Of a DNA stretch of 45,307 bases, positions 1 to 11,977 are shown piece by piece. Numbering within the stretch: the first letter of the stretch is position 1; the number at the start of each line of letters is the position of its first letter. Under the pieces are notes generated by a model. That model was not told where the DNA came from. It made no database searches and saw only the letters and a program-made list of their open reading frames with translations. The position numbers and the translations under genes were made by a program. The stretch spans positions 1 to 45,307 of the forward strand of contig CAMDDY010000001.1 in assembly GCA_945893125.1 (NCBI GenBank), read 5' to 3'. The DNA is from Bordetella parapertussis (lineage in GTDB: Bacteria > Pseudomonadota > Gammaproteobacteria > Burkholderiales > SG8-41).

Positions 1-739
1 CGTTTTGCACGGTGTATTTCAGAATCTGGTTCCAGTCCGCGCGCTTCACCAGGCTGGCGAACAGTGTGCCGATTTCGCACTGACCCGGCGCTGCCACTTC
101 ATGGTGATGCACTTCCACCGGCACGCCTTGCTCTTCAAGCGCGAGGCACATTGCCGAGCGAATATCCTGCAACGAATCCACCGGCGGCACGGGGAAATAA
201 CCGCCTTTGATCGGCGGACGATGGCCCATGTTGCCGCCTTCGTATTCCTTGCCTGACGACCACGGCGCTTCGCTGGATTCGATTTTTACGTGCGAGCCGG
301 ACATGTCCACGCCCCACGTCACCGAATCAAACACAAAAAATTCCGGTTCCGGACCGAAGTAGGCGGTATCGCCCAGACCGCTGGATTTCAAATAAGCTTC
401 ACCGCGCTTGGCGAGTGAACGCGGATCGCGGTCATAACCTTTGCCATCCGACGGCTCCACCACGTCGCACGTCAGAATCAACGTCGGCTCATCGGTGAAC
501 GGATCCATGCGCTGCGAATCCGGGTCCGGCATCAGCAACATGTCCGAGGCTTGTATGCCTTTCCAGCCGGCAATCGACGAACCATCGAACGCGTGGCCAT
601 CGGTGAACTTGTCCGCGCCGAACATTTTATGCGGCACGGAAACATGCTGCTCCTTGCCGCGGGTATCGGTAAAACGCAGGTCGACAAACTTGACCTCGTT
701 GTCTTTGATTAACTTCAATACATCAGCGGCGTTAGCCAT
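1..739 (-). CDS. glnA: glutamine synthetase type I, N-terminal ~246 aa (3' end runs off the window)
   Basis: Absent from the ORF track because its stop lies outside the window. My reverse-strand translation from ATG at 739 gives [36 protein letters not shown]...[12 protein letters not shown]...[11 protein letters not shown], a canonical GlnA N-terminus. Confidence 0.9.
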   Translation of the reverse strand, partial: MANAADVLKLIKDNEVKFVDLRFTDTRGKEQHVSVPHKMFGADKFTDGHAFDGSSIAGWKGIQASDMLLMPDPDSQRMDPFTDEPTLILTCDVVEPSDGKGYDRDPRSLAKRGEAYLKSSGLGDTAYFGPEPEFFVFDSVTWGVDMSGSHVKIESSEAPWSSGKEYEGGNMGHRPPIKGGYFPVPPVDSLQDIRSAMCLALEEQGVPVEVHHHEVAAPGQCEIGTLFASLVKRADWNQILKYTVQN

Positions 740-792
740 ATTTCGTCTCTCCTGACGGGTAAGAATGATTACAACAGTGCGTGTCCTGTATC

Positions 793-808
793 AGCATGAA
801 GCATGCCA
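793..808 (-). promoter_or_regulatory. sigma54 (-24/-12) type promoter candidate for glnA
   Basis: Minus strand 808->793 reads TGGCATGCTTCATGCT. This has GG-N10-GC spacing and matches TGGCAC-N5-TTGCW with 2 mismatches. It lies ~55 nt upstream of the glnA ATG. Confidence 0.55.
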
Positions 809-869
809 AGCCGATGCGCGGGAACGGCATTGTGCCACAAGGGAAATTCTAGCCAAACAACCGCGAGAA

Positions 870-886
870 TGCACCAATTAGGTGCT
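870..886. promoter_or_regulatory. NtrC-type enhancer site candidate
   Basis: Sequence TGCACCAATTAGGTGCT. The core GCACC-N5-GGTGC is a perfect palindrome and matches TGCACC-N5-GGTGCA at 11/12 positions. It lies ~60 nt upstream of the sigma54 element. Confidence 0.5.
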
Positions 887-1105
887 AAATCAGTAAATTG
901 GCCCTAAAGTGGGGCGGCACCGCAGCCTGCCGCTAAATTTAATGCCGATGCCGCGCCCGAGAAAAATATTATTCTTTAAAAACATTGTCTTACATATTTC
1001 ATGCGTTTCCCCGTCGCGAAACGCCTTCACGTCGAGGCGTTGGCGTCGGGTAAACTTGGGCCTCCATTTCTTGAACCACTTGAACCCTTACCACACGAAG
1101 CCCAC

Positions 1106-1555
1106 ATGAATACCGACGACATTCTCAACACCGCCAAGCTGCGCGGCCAACAACTCGGCCTGCCCTATGCAGGCGCGCTCACGCCGAAAGAAGCGCACGA
1201 ACTCATGCAGCACAACGCCAACGCAAAACTCGTGGACGTGCGCACGCGCGCCGAGTGGGATTGGGTTGGGCGCGTGCCGAACGCTATTGAAGTCGAGATC
1301 ATGAGTTATCCCGGCAATCGCCCGAACGACGCGTTCATCGACGACCTGACGAAAAAAGTAGCGAAGGACGTGATAGTGATGTTCTTGTGCCGCAGCGGCG
1401 GCCGCTCGCACAACGCCGCGGGTTACGCCACGCAAGCCGGCTTTGCAAACTGCTACAACGTGCTCGAAGGCTTTGAAGGCGACCGCGACGACAGCGGCCA
1501 GCGCAACAAAGTCGGCGGCTGGCGCGCGGCGGGTTTGCCGTGGGTGCAGGGTTAA
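1106..1555 (+). CDS. single-domain rhodanese-like sulfurtransferase
   Basis: ORF 1001..1555 trimmed to the ATG at 1106 (MNTDDIL...). Rhodanese active-site loop CRSGGRS is present. Confidence 0.8.
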   Translation: MNTDDILNTAKLRGQQLGLPYAGALTPKEAHELMQHNANAKLVDVRTRAEWDWVGRVPNAIEVEIMSYPGNRPNDAFIDDLTKKVAKDVIVMFLCRSGGRSHNAAGYATQAGFANCYNVLEGFEGDRDDSGQRNKVGGWRAAGLPWVQG

Positions 1556-1576
1556 ATTCACCAGGACGCACGCGCA

Positions 1577-2143
1577 ATGAAAACCGCGTTTGTGGTGTTC
1601 GACCAAATGACCACGCTGGATTTTATCGGCTTCTACGACGTGATGACGCGCCTGAAGACGATGAAATTCATGGACGATTTCGCGTGGAAAATCTGTGCGC
1701 GAACAGAACAAGTGAGTGATGATCGCGGCTTGAAAATCGCCGCCGATAGCGTTGGCGAATCACTCGCCAGCTACGATTTGTTGTTCATCCCCGGTGGCTT
1801 CGGCACGCGTCCGCTGCAACACGATCGCGCGTTCGTCGAGTGGATCGCCACTGCGCAAGACGCAAAACTAAAAACCTCGGTCTGCACCGGCGCGCTGCTC
1901 CTCGGCGCGGCGGGTTTTCTCAAAGGTAAACGCGCCACCACGCATCCCGGCGCCTACAAAGAGCTTGAGCCGTACTGCGCCACCGTCGTGCAACAACGCA
2001 TTGTCGATGAAGGCAACGTGGTCACCGGCGGCGGGGTCAGCGCCTCTATCGACCTCGGCCTGCATATGGTCGCGCGCCTCGCCGGCGCGGAGGCGCGTGC
2101 GCGCATTGCAAAGCAAATGGATTACCCGTATCAGCCGACGTAG
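1577..2143 (+). CDS. DJ-1/PfpI (ThiJ) family protein
   Basis: 188 aa. FIPGGFG and nucleophile-elbow SVCTGALLLGAAGFL motifs are typical of DJ-1/PfpI class I glutamine-amidotransferase-like proteins. Confidence 0.8.
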   Translation: MKTAFVVFDQMTTLDFIGFYDVMTRLKTMKFMDDFAWKICARTEQVSDDRGLKIAADSVGESLASYDLLFIPGGFGTRPLQHDRAFVEWIATAQDAKLKTSVCTGALLLGAAGFLKGKRATTHPGAYKELEPYCATVVQQRIVDEGNVVTGGGVSASIDLGLHMVARLAGAEARARIAKQMDYPYQPT

Positions 2144-3342
2144 TGCGTGTCCGTGGTATCGAGTTTGTCCGAGTGCGGAATCACCATCGCGATCAGCATG
2201 GCCGTGCCCGTGGCGCCGGCAGCGGTCACCAGTATCCACGCCGGCGCTAACGTTTCCGCCAGCACGCCGCCGAGCGCGAGACCGCCGCTGATGCCGCCCA
2301 GCAGGCAGGTGCCGCCCCAGGTAAAACTTTCCGCCAGCTTGCCTTGCGGCGCGAGTCTCGACAGCAACAACGATTGCGTGGCGATGACGCTGGCCATCGG
2401 CACGCCGGCGATGGCGTTGACCAGCATGTAAAGATAAATATTGTTCACTGGCGCCACCAACAACGACCCAGTCGCCATCAAGCTGAGCGCAATCAGAAAT
2501 TGTTTGCGCAGCGGCGTCTGCCAGTGCCGCATGCCATAGGCGAACGCGCCCAGCGCGCTGCCCAAACTCGCCAGCGCCAATGCAATGCCGGCGATCGCGG
2601 GCATGCCGCGCTGCGTGGCATAGGCCGTGACGCCGATTTCGTAGAGACCGAACGCCACGGAATAACAGATCGTTGCCGCGAACAGCACCAGCAATCCCGG
2701 CTCGGCAAACACACCCCAGCGGTTGCCGGCGCTGCGCGGGCGAATTTCCCATTGGCGTATCGCCGGCGTGCGCGCGAACCACACCGTGCCCACGCCCGCA
2801 GTCAGCGCCGCCAACAACACCGCGCCTTCGGGAATGCCATAGGCGAGAAACATCGCCACCAGCGCGGGACCAATGACGAACACCGATTCGACGATGACGG
2901 AATCCACGGAATACGCGGTTTGCAGTAATGCAGGATCAGTGAGCGCGCGCGGATACAAGGTGCGCATGCAAATGGTGATCGGCGGCAACGCAGCACCCGC
3001 GACATACGCGCACAGCGCGATGGCGAGCGCGTGCGCCTGCATCGTGACCAACGCCACCAGCGCGGCGAGCATCACGGGATAAACGAAAGCGCACAAACGC
3101 AGCACCGGCAGCGGTCCGGCGCGGTCTATCATGCGCCCGATCAGCGGCGCGACGCTTGCCAGCCCCAGCACATACAGCGCGCTGACGATACCCGCCGTGA
3201 CGAATGAAGCCGATTTGTTTTGCACCAGCAGCAGAATCGCGAAGCCCGCGATGCCGATGGGCAGGCGTCCGGGGATGGACGCGAGCATGGTGGCGTGTAT
3301 CGCGGGCACGCGAAACAGCGCGCGATACCGATCCAGTAACAT
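2131..3342 (-). CDS. MFS transporter
   Basis: 403 aa, hydrophobic throughout with a ~12 TM pattern. MFS motif-A-like loop GRMIDRAGP follows TM2. Confidence 0.8.
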   Translation of the reverse strand: MLLDRYRALFRVPAIHATMLASIPGRLPIGIAGFAILLLVQNKSASFVTAGIVSALYVLGLASVAPLIGRMIDRAGPLPVLRLCAFVYPVMLAALVALVTMQAHALAIALCAYVAGAALPPITICMRTLYPRALTDPALLQTAYSVDSVIVESVFVIGPALVAMFLAYGIPEGAVLLAALTAGVGTVWFARTPAIRQWEIRPRSAGNRWGVFAEPGLLVLFAATICYSVAFGLYEIGVTAYATQRGMPAIAGIALALASLGSALGAFAYGMRHWQTPLRKQFLIALSLMATGSLLVAPVNNIYLYMLVNAIAGVPMASVIATQSLLLSRLAPQGKLAESFTWGGTCLLGGISGGLALGGVLAETLAPAWILVTAAGATGTAMLIAMVIPHSDKLDTTDTHYVG

Positions 3343-3360
3343 GATGTTTTTAAATGCTGT

Positions 3361-4188
3361 TTACGACGGCCATTGCAGCACACCGGTATACGCGGTGGCC
3401 AGAATCACCAGTCCGAAAACAATGCGATACCACGCGAACACGGTGAAATCATGCGTGGTGATGTAGCGCAGCAACCAGCGCACGCAAATAAACGCGGACA
3501 CAAACGCGGTGAACGAACCCACGGCGAAAAATCCGATGTCGTCCACGCTCAACAGCGCGCGATGTTTGATCAGACTGTAGGCGCCCGCCGCCACCAGCGT
3601 GGGCACCGCGAGAAAAAACGAAAACTCGGTGGCCACTTTGCGCGACAGGCCGAACAGCATGCCGCCGATAATCGTCGCGCCGGAGCGCGAGGTGCCGGGA
3701 ATCAGCGCGAAGGTTTGCGCGACGCCGACTTTAAGCGCGTCCCGCCAGGTCATGTCGTCCACGTTGATCACGCGATCAACACGTGTTTTTTGGCCGCCCC
3801 GTTCGACCCACAAAATAATCACGCCGCCAATAATGAACGCCAGCGCCACCGGCACGGCGAAAAACAGATGGCTCTTGATAAAGCCGCCGAATGTCAATCC
3901 GAGTATAGCGGCGGGGATAAACGCAACGATCAGATTGACAATGAAGCGCTGCGCCACGGGATCGCTGAACGCGCCCATCGCCACGCCGAGAAAACGGCGC
4001 CGGTATTCCCACACGATGGCGAGCATGGCGCCGGTCTGGATGACGATTTCAAAGACCTTGGCTTTTTCGCTGTGATAGCCGAGTAAATCACCAGCAAGGA
4101 TCAAATGCCCGGTGCTGGAGATCGGCAGAAATTCGGTCAGGCCTTCGACGATGCCGAGGATAATCGCGACAAGATAGGAATCAGTCAT
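3361..4188 (-). CDS. uppP: undecaprenyl-diphosphate phosphatase
   Basis: 275 aa. [18 protein letters not shown] and [10 protein letters not shown] motifs are characteristic of BacA/UppP. Confidence 0.9.
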   Translation of the reverse strand: MTDSYLVAIILGIVEGLTEFLPISSTGHLILAGDLLGYHSEKAKVFEIVIQTGAMLAIVWEYRRRFLGVAMGAFSDPVAQRFIVNLIVAFIPAAILGLTFGGFIKSHLFFAVPVALAFIIGGVIILWVERGGQKTRVDRVINVDDMTWRDALKVGVAQTFALIPGTSRSGATIIGGMLFGLSRKVATEFSFFLAVPTLVAAGAYSLIKHRALLSVDDIGFFAVGSFTAFVSAFICVRWLLRYITTHDFTVFAWYRIVFGLVILATAYTGVLQWPS

Positions 4189-4273
4189 GCGGACTCAAAA
4201 AAGTTGCCGCATGCTATCACACGAAGGCGCCGGCCCGGCTGAGCCGGGAAGACCCGATGGACTTACCTCGCCG

Positions 4274-4690
4274 TCAGTCTATCGCGTTGGCAGATGGGTT
4301 GGGCGCCGGGGGCGCACGGCGCGGCGCGGATTGCCGCGTCGAAAACTCGCCTAACCCTTCGCGCACCATTTGCTTCGCGGCTGACTCGAAAGCCGAGAGC
4401 AGTACACCCATCAACACGCCGCCGCGCGCGGCAACCTCACGCTGAATCTGCTCCGTCCGCCGGGTCATGGCATCGGACGGCGCTGCCTCCTCGCCGCGCG
4501 CGGAAGCCGCCATCGATTCGCGGATATGCTGGAATAACAGCGACACGTCGTCTTCACGGATGAGGCCCTTGAACAGCATCTCGGGATTGATGGCTTCGAG
4601 CTTTTCGAAAGGATCCCGACTTTGTGCAGCCACCGGCTGGCTCAACACCCATCCTGCAACGGCCACGCTCAACAGATATCGAAGGTTCAT
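4274..4690 (-). CDS. hypothetical exported protein
   Basis: ORF 4274..4723 trimmed to MNLRYLLSVAVAGWVLSQPVAAQS, a signal-peptide-like N-terminus with an AxA site. No family recognised. Confidence 0.5.
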   Translation of the reverse strand: MNLRYLLSVAVAGWVLSQPVAAQSRDPFEKLEAINPEMLFKGLIREDDVSLLFQHIRESMAASARGEEAAPSDAMTRRTEQIQREVAARGGVLMGVLLSAFESAAKQMVREGLGEFSTRQSAPRRAPPAPNPSANAID

Positions 4691-4812
4691 TTGCGCACCC
4701 ACCCAAGTAGAAAGGATACTCATCTAACGCGGTGGATTGCGCCGCGTGTACATCGCGCCGATAAAAACGTAAGTATTTGTTTTTATGAGCTATTTTTACC
4801 GTCGCCGATGCA

Positions 4813-6693
<1,881 letters not shown>

Positions 6694-6744
6694 TCAACAA
6701 AAAAAGTGAAGGGAGCGAGGACGGTAAGAATTACGTTTACCGCA

Positions 6745-6832
6745 CCACGCTTCCCTACGGCGGCATTACCCGCATCAGGTTCCGAGGGTCTTTCTCACCC
6801 CAGCGATACTGACTGGGGACCCCTAACGTGTG
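6745..6832 (-). promoter_or_regulatory. TPP (THI-box) riboswitch in the thiC leader
   Basis: Minus strand reads ...TAGGGGTCCCCAGTCAGTATCGCTGGGGTGAGAAAGACCCTCGGAACCTGATGCGGGTAATGCCGCCGTAGGGAAG... It contains the conserved CUGGGGUGAGA, ACCC..GAACCUGAU and GGUAAUGCC..GUAGGGAA elements. It lies 60-150 nt upstream of the thiC ATG. Confidence 0.85.
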
Positions 6833-6940
6833 CGCTTACGCTAAAGGAATTGTGGGATAATTGCAAGGAAAATCACGCAGCCCTTCCTGCCGCATCCTCA
6901 GTAAAATTGTTTTATTTTCAACCGGTTACGCAATCCGATT

Positions 6941-7600
6941 ATGAGCATGGATATCGAACGCGCCCGCTTCAATATGGTGGAGCAGCAAATCCGCCCGTGG
7001 GAAGTGCTCGACCCCAAGGTGCTTGACTTGCTGTTGAAGGTAAAGCGGGAAGATTACGTGCCTGACAGCCACAAAGCGCTCGCGTTCGGCGATCTTGAGA
7101 TTCCCATCGGGCACGGCGAAGCCATGCTCTCGCCAAAACTCGAAGCGCGCATATTGCAGGCGCTCGGTGTCAATGCCGATGACCGCATACTCGAAATCGG
7201 CACCGGCAGCGGCTACATGACCGCATTGCTCGCAAGTCAGGGCGCGCATGTTTACAGCGTGGATATCGTTGATGATTTTACCGTCAGCGCCGGCGCGCGG
7301 CTGGCGCGGCACGGCATACACAATGTCACGCTCGAAACCGGCGACGCGGCGCGCGGCTGGGATAAACATGGCCCCTATGATGTGATCGTATTGACGGGAT
7401 CAACGCCGGTGTTGGCCGAGGCGTTTCAACAAAACCTCAAAGCCGGCGGCCGATTGTTTGCCGTGGTGGGCATGGCACCGGCGATGGAAGCGCAAATCAT
7501 TACCTGCACGCAGACCGGTATGTACGGCACGACCAGCCTGTTTGAAACCGTGATTCCTGCGCTGCGTAATGCGCCGCAGCGCACGCGGTTTGTGTTCTGA
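6941..7600 (+). CDS. protein-L-isoaspartate O-methyltransferase family protein
   Basis: 219 aa with SAM motif ILEIGTGSGYMTALLA and PCMT-like architecture. It sits immediately upstream of tolC. Confidence 0.8.
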   Translation: MSMDIERARFNMVEQQIRPWEVLDPKVLDLLLKVKREDYVPDSHKALAFGDLEIPIGHGEAMLSPKLEARILQALGVNADDRILEIGTGSGYMTALLASQGAHVYSVDIVDDFTVSAGARLARHGIHNVTLETGDAARGWDKHGPYDVIVLTGSTPVLAEAFQQNLKAGGRLFAVVGMAPAMEAQIITCTQTGMYGTTSLFETVIPALRNAPQRTRFVF

Positions 7601-7601
7601 A

Positions 7602-8960
7602 ATGAAACCCGTCCGCACGCGCGTTTCGACGCACATCTCGACGTTATTGGCTGTGGCCGTTGGCGCCGGCGTGAGTTTGCCTGCTTACGGCGCTGATCTG
7701 CTGGAAGTTTTTCGCTTGGCGAAAAGCTCGGACGCGGTGTACGGCAGCGCGCGGGCAGCTTGGGCCGCGGCACAGGAAAAACTGCCGCAGGGACGCAGCG
7801 GATTGCTGCCGTCCGCTTCGCTTTCCGCATCGACCCAATATAACGACCGCAGTATCAATTTCCGCGATCCGGCGACCGTCGACAACAATACGCGTTTCAA
7901 CTCCAATGTGTTGTCGCTGTCGATCACGCAGCCGATCTACCGGCGGCAGAACACCGTCGTGTATGAGCAGTCAAAAACACAACTGGAACAGTCCGACGCC
8001 GTACTCGCGCTGGCGGCGCAGGATCTGATCACGCGGGTAGCGCAGGCTTATCTGGACGTGCTGCTGGCGCAGGATAATGTCGCGCTCGCCGGCGCGCAGA
8101 AAACCGCGATTGCCGAACAGCTCGCGCAGGCCAAAATCAGCTTTGAGGTCGGCACGGCGACCATCACTGATACGCACGAAGCGCAGGCGCGGTACGATCT
8201 TTCGGTATCGCAGGAAATCGCCGCGCGCAGCGACCTCGAAATCAAGACCCGCGCGCTGGAGCAATTAATTGGCCGCGCCGCGCCCGCGCTCTCGCCGTTA
8301 AGCCCTGCGCTGAAACTGCTGTCGCCGGAACCCGCCGCCATGGACAAATGGGTCGAGGAAGCGCGCGGCAGCAACCATCAGGTGCGCGCCGCGCAATCCG
8401 GCGCCACGCTGGCCAATCAGGAAGTGGAACGTAATCGTGCCGCGCACTATCCGACGCTCGATGCCTTCGCCACTTGGAGCGAAAACCGCACCGGCGCTGG
8501 TACCTTTGGCGGCGCGGGTAACGACGTCAACAACAAGATTATCGGCCTGCAACTGGCGGTGCCGATCTATCAGGGCGGGCTGGTCAATTCGCGCGTGCGC
8601 GAGGCTATCGCCAATGAAGACAAAGCGCGCCACGATCTTGAAAACGCGCGCCGCACCGCCGAACTCAATGCACGGCAGAATTATTTGGGCGTCACCAGCG
8701 GCATCGCGCAGGTCAAGGCGCTCGAAGCGGCACTCACCTCGTCGCAAAGCGCGCTCGATTCCTCGCGCCTCGGACGCGAAGTGGGCGTGCGCACGCAGGT
8801 GGATGTGCTCAACGCGCAACAACAGCTTTTCTCGGCGCGGCGCGATCTTGCGCAGGCCAAATACAATTACATTCTTTCCACGTTGCGGCTGAAGGCGTCC
8901 GTGGGACGGCTCGCCGAAGAAGACCTCTCGGCGGTCAGCGCCTGGCTGGAACGCAAGTAG
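7602..8960 (+). CDS. tolC: TolC-family outer membrane efflux channel
   Basis: ORF 7569..8960 trimmed to ATG 7602 (MKPVRTRVS...). Signal peptide ends ...LPAYG/ADLLEV, followed by two OEP repeats. Confidence 0.85.
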   Translation: MKPVRTRVSTHISTLLAVAVGAGVSLPAYGADLLEVFRLAKSSDAVYGSARAAWAAAQEKLPQGRSGLLPSASLSASTQYNDRSINFRDPATVDNNTRFNSNVLSLSITQPIYRRQNTVVYEQSKTQLEQSDAVLALAAQDLITRVAQAYLDVLLAQDNVALAGAQKTAIAEQLAQAKISFEVGTATITDTHEAQARYDLSVSQEIAARSDLEIKTRALEQLIGRAAPALSPLSPALKLLSPEPAAMDKWVEEARGSNHQVRAAQSGATLANQEVERNRAAHYPTLDAFATWSENRTGAGTFGGAGNDVNNKIIGLQLAVPIYQGGLVNSRVREAIANEDKARHDLENARRTAELNARQNYLGVTSGIAQVKALEAALTSSQSALDSSRLGREVGVRTQVDVLNAQQQLFSARRDLAQAKYNYILSTLRLKASVGRLAEEDLSAVSAWLERK

Positions 8961-8972
8961 TTCGTATCCGGC

Positions 8973-9572
8973 ATGACCGACGCGCCGGATCGGCTGTCAC
9001 TGTCGGCGGCAAAAAAAAATCTTCGTGGTGACATCATTCGCCGGCGCGATGCGCAGGAGTCATCGGCTCGCGCCGCAGCCGGCACCCGCATCACCAGCCA
9101 AATTCTGGCGCTGGAATGCTTTGCGCGCGCGCGCAGCGTGCTGGCTTATGCCGGCATGGGTAGCGAGATTGATACCGGGGCGCTGCTGTCGCATGTGATG
9201 GCGCACAAAAAACTTGCGCTGCCCAGAGTGGATCGGGCCTCGCACAGCCTGCAACTATATTGGGTCAATAATCTGGAGACCGATTTGCAGCCCGGCGTTT
9301 GGGGTATACGAGAGCCTCGTCCTGACCGCTGCGAGCCTGCGCCGCCGGGTGAAATCGATCTGGTGCTGGCGCCGGGCGTGGCGTTTACCCAGCGCGGCGA
9401 ACGGCTGGGTTACGGCGGCGGTTATTACGACCAACTGCTGGCGCGCTTTTCCATCCGTCCCGCGGTTATTGCCGGCGCATTCGAATGCCAGATGGTCGCC
9501 GACGTGCCGTTGTGCGAAAGCGATCTGCCGGTGGATGTGGTCGTCACCGAAAACGCCGTCTACACGCGCTAA
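8973..9572 (+). CDS. 5-formyltetrahydrofolate cyclo-ligase
   Basis: 199 aa. GYGGGYYD motif and LALPRV segment are typical of the 5-FCL family. Confidence 0.8.
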   Translation: MTDAPDRLSLSAAKKNLRGDIIRRRDAQESSARAAAGTRITSQILALECFARARSVLAYAGMGSEIDTGALLSHVMAHKKLALPRVDRASHSLQLYWVNNLETDLQPGVWGIREPRPDRCEPAPPGEIDLVLAPGVAFTQRGERLGYGGGYYDQLLARFSIRPAVIAGAFECQMVADVPLCESDLPVDVVVTENAVYTR

Positions 9573-10837
9573 AAGCGCAGCGTCTCCACCAGTTTTTTCG
9601 CCGCGCCGCGATGCGTTTGACTGAATTGCAGCGCGGCGTCGCCCATGCGTTTTATCAGCGCCGGATGCGTCAGCAACGCGGATGCTTTACGCGCAAGATC
9701 CGCCGCATCCATCACGCGCAGCGCGGCGCCTGCCGTGATTGCGTTCTCGGCGGCATCCGCAAAATTGTAGGTATGCGGCCCGACGAGCGCGGGCTTGCCC
9801 ACCGCGCTCGCTTCGATCAAATTCTGCCCGCCAAACGACAATAAGCTGCCGCCGATAAACGCCACGTCACACGCCGCGTAGTACGCAAACATCTCGCCCA
9901 TGCTGTCGCCCAGCAGCACTTGCGTGTCGGCGCGAATGGCCGCGCGAGTTTTTGTGTTTTCGCTGCGCCGCTGATAACGCACGCCCTGTTTGCCAAGCAA
10001 AGCGGCGACTTCATCAAAGCGTTGCGGATGGCGCGGCACCAGCACCAGCAGCAGGTTCGGCACGTCATGTAGCGCATGACATTGATGCTCGATCAACAAT
10101 TGTTCTTCGCCGTCGCGCGTGCTGGCTGCCAGCAGCACCAAACGTGCGCCCAGGCTCGCACGCAGCCGCGCGCCCTCCGAGAGCAGCGCCGGCGGCGGAT
10201 CGACATCGAATTTGAGATTGCCGAAAACCGAAATATTTTGTGCGCCCAGCGCGGTAAAGCGTTGTGCGTCTGCCGCAGTTTGCGCGGCAATCGCGGTGAG
10301 TTTGCCCAGCGTCGCGGAAATCAGCGTGCGCATGCGCAGATAATTGGCGAAGGATTTTTCGGACAATCGCGCATTCACCAAATGCAGGGGCACGCCGCGC
10401 GCCTTGCAGGCGTGAACCAGATTCGGCCAGATTTCCGTTTCCATCAACAGGCCGATGCGCGGACGAAAATGGTCGAGAAAGCGCCGCACTGCGCCGGGGT
10501 AATCGTAGGGTAAATAATGGCGCATGACATCATCGCCGAACAGGTCCTCACCCGCTTCGCGCCCGGTGGGCGTCATGTGCGTGATCAGGATGCGATGGCC
10601 GGGATATTGGTCGCGCAATGCGCGCACCAGCGGCTCGGTCGCGCGCGTTTCACCAACAGACACCGCGTGCAACCAGATCAGCGGCTGCGCGGACGTTTCG
10701 CCACGATACAAACCAAAGCGCTCGCCGATATGTTGTGCGTATTGCGGCTGACGGCGTGAACGCCACCACAACCGCAGCAACACATAGGGCAACGCCAGAT
10801 AGAGCAGTACGCTGTAAGCGAAACGCGGCATGTTCAT
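9569..10837 (-). CDS. waaA: 3-deoxy-D-manno-octulosonic acid (Kdo) transferase
   Basis: WLHAVSVGE motif and GT30 architecture. Start set at ATG 10837, which forms an ATGA overlap with the waaC stop; the track start at 10855 is a TTG. Confidence 0.9.
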   Translation of the reverse strand: MNMPRFAYSVLLYLALPYVLLRLWWRSRRQPQYAQHIGERFGLYRGETSAQPLIWLHAVSVGETRATEPLVRALRDQYPGHRILITHMTPTGREAGEDLFGDDVMRHYLPYDYPGAVRRFLDHFRPRIGLLMETEIWPNLVHACKARGVPLHLVNARLSEKSFANYLRMRTLISATLGKLTAIAAQTAADAQRFTALGAQNISVFGNLKFDVDPPPALLSEGARLRASLGARLVLLAASTRDGEEQLLIEHQCHALHDVPNLLLVLVPRHPQRFDEVAALLGKQGVRYQRRSENTKTRAAIRADTQVLLGDSMGEMFAYYAACDVAFIGGSLLSFGGQNLIEASAVGKPALVGPHTYNFADAAENAITAGAALRVMDAADLARKASALLTHPALIKRMGDAALQFSQTHRGAAKKLVETLRF

Positions 10838-11796
10838 GCGGTCACTGTTTTCCAAGCGTCGATCACATGCGCGACGGCGGGCGGCGCGCCTATGCCGCCA
10901 AGATTCATCGCATGCGGCGCGCGGTAAATACCCGTCGCGGTAGGATCTGTCGCGACGTAAATGCCGAGCGCCGGCGCACCCAGCGCTGCTGCGAGATGCG
11001 TGAGTCCGGTGTCCACGCCCACCACGCCTTGCGCGCCGGCAAGTAGCGCGGCAAGCTCGTCCAGTGTGAGCGCAGGTGGCGCCACGACGCCGCCTTTCGC
11101 ACCAGCCGCAAGCCTTTCGCTGCGCTCACGCTCGATTGCGCTTCCCCATGGCAGGATACAAAAAATATCATTTAAAAACAAATAATTACATAATTCAATC
11201 CAATGACTTTCCGGCCATAACTTGCGCTCAGCGCTGGTCGCGTGCAACAACACGGCGTAGCGCTTGCCAGGCAACCAGGAAAAATCGCGCGGCTGTGCCG
11301 AAATGCCGTAACCGGGTTCAGGCGACATGCCATAGCCCAGCGCCTGCGCCGCCAAACTGCGATTGCGCCTCACGGCATGTTGGCCCCACGGCACGCGGAA
11401 GGTACGGTCATACAGAAACCGCAACGGCTCGCGCGAACTACGCCAATCCAGCCCAAAACAATGGCCGCGTGCGGCTCGTGCCACCATCGCACTTTTCAGC
11501 AGGCCTTGGGTATCGATGATCGCGTCGTATTCGCGTTCGCGCAGCTTGCCAAGGGAAGCACAAATCTCTGCTCGCGTTTTCGCGCTCGACAAATCACGCC
11601 GCCAGCGGCGCAGCGCCACCGGTATCACGCCACGCACCGCCGGATGCATGCGCGGTATCGCGGCAAACGATTCTTCGACTACCCAATCGATCTCGGCGTT
11701 CGGTGCGTGCTGGCGGATATCGCCAACCACGGGAAGGTTGTGAACCACATCGCCCAGTGACGATGTTTTGACCAGAAGAATTCGCGGCATGTGCAT
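10834..11796 (-). CDS. waaC: LPS heptosyltransferase I
   Basis: 320 aa. N-terminal ILLVKTSSLGDVVH and C-terminal VGVDTGLTHLAAALG are typical of GT9 WaaC. Start could also be the ATG at 11790. Confidence 0.85.
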   Translation of the reverse strand: MHMPRILLVKTSSLGDVVHNLPVVGDIRQHAPNAEIDWVVEESFAAIPRMHPAVRGVIPVALRRWRRDLSSAKTRAEICASLGKLREREYDAIIDTQGLLKSAMVARAARGHCFGLDWRSSREPLRFLYDRTFRVPWGQHAVRRNRSLAAQALGYGMSPEPGYGISAQPRDFSWLPGKRYAVLLHATSAERKLWPESHWIELCNYLFLNDIFCILPWGSAIERERSERLAAGAKGGVVAPPALTLDELAALLAGAQGVVGVDTGLTHLAAALGAPALGIYVATDPTATGIYRAPHAMNLGGIGAPPAVAHVIDAWKTVTA

Positions 11797-11827
11797 GGCG
11801 ATTGTAGGATTACTGGCCGTATGTATT

Positions 11828-11836
11828 TGTTATAAT
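11828..11836 (+). promoter_or_regulatory. extended -10 promoter candidate for the rml operon
   Basis: TGTTATAAT (TGnTATAAT with a perfect TATAAT hexamer) lies in the AT-rich waaC/rmlB divergent intergenic region, ~140 nt upstream of the rmlB start. No convincing -35 element. Confidence 0.4.
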
Positions 11837-11977
11837 TGATAAATCTTATTGTCTTTGTGATCCGGCCCACCTGCTGCACAGGTTAGCATCTGCGGATGGA
11901 AATGCCTACTTCTTGATTAACGATACGATGCACGACATGAACCATCTGCCACTGAGCACCCGCACCGGAGCGAAGCG

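Noticed and set aside
832-837. TGGCAC on the minus strand as the sigma54 -24 element of glnA
   Set aside because: No GC dinucleotide at the required N10 spacing (the sequence reads TGGCACAATGCCGTT). The element at 793-808 fits better.
4234-4248. Hairpin CCCGGC-TGA-GCCGGG as terminator between the exported hypothetical gene and uppP
   Set aside because: No T-run directly follows it on the minus strand; the T6 run is ~30 nt further on. At best it is a weak or Rho-dependent site.
4761-4786. ATAAAAAC-N10-GTTTTTAT inverted repeat downstream of thiC
   Set aside because: The 8-bp stem is almost entirely A/T with a 10-nt loop, too unstable to call a terminator or operator without comparative support.
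11797-11977. JUMPStart/ops (GGCGGTAG) element upstream of rmlB, and equally upstream of the minus-strand block (45045-45278)
   Set aside because: I looked for GGCGGTAG or its complement CTACCGCC in both leaders and did not see it. RfaH-type antitermination cannot be claimed.
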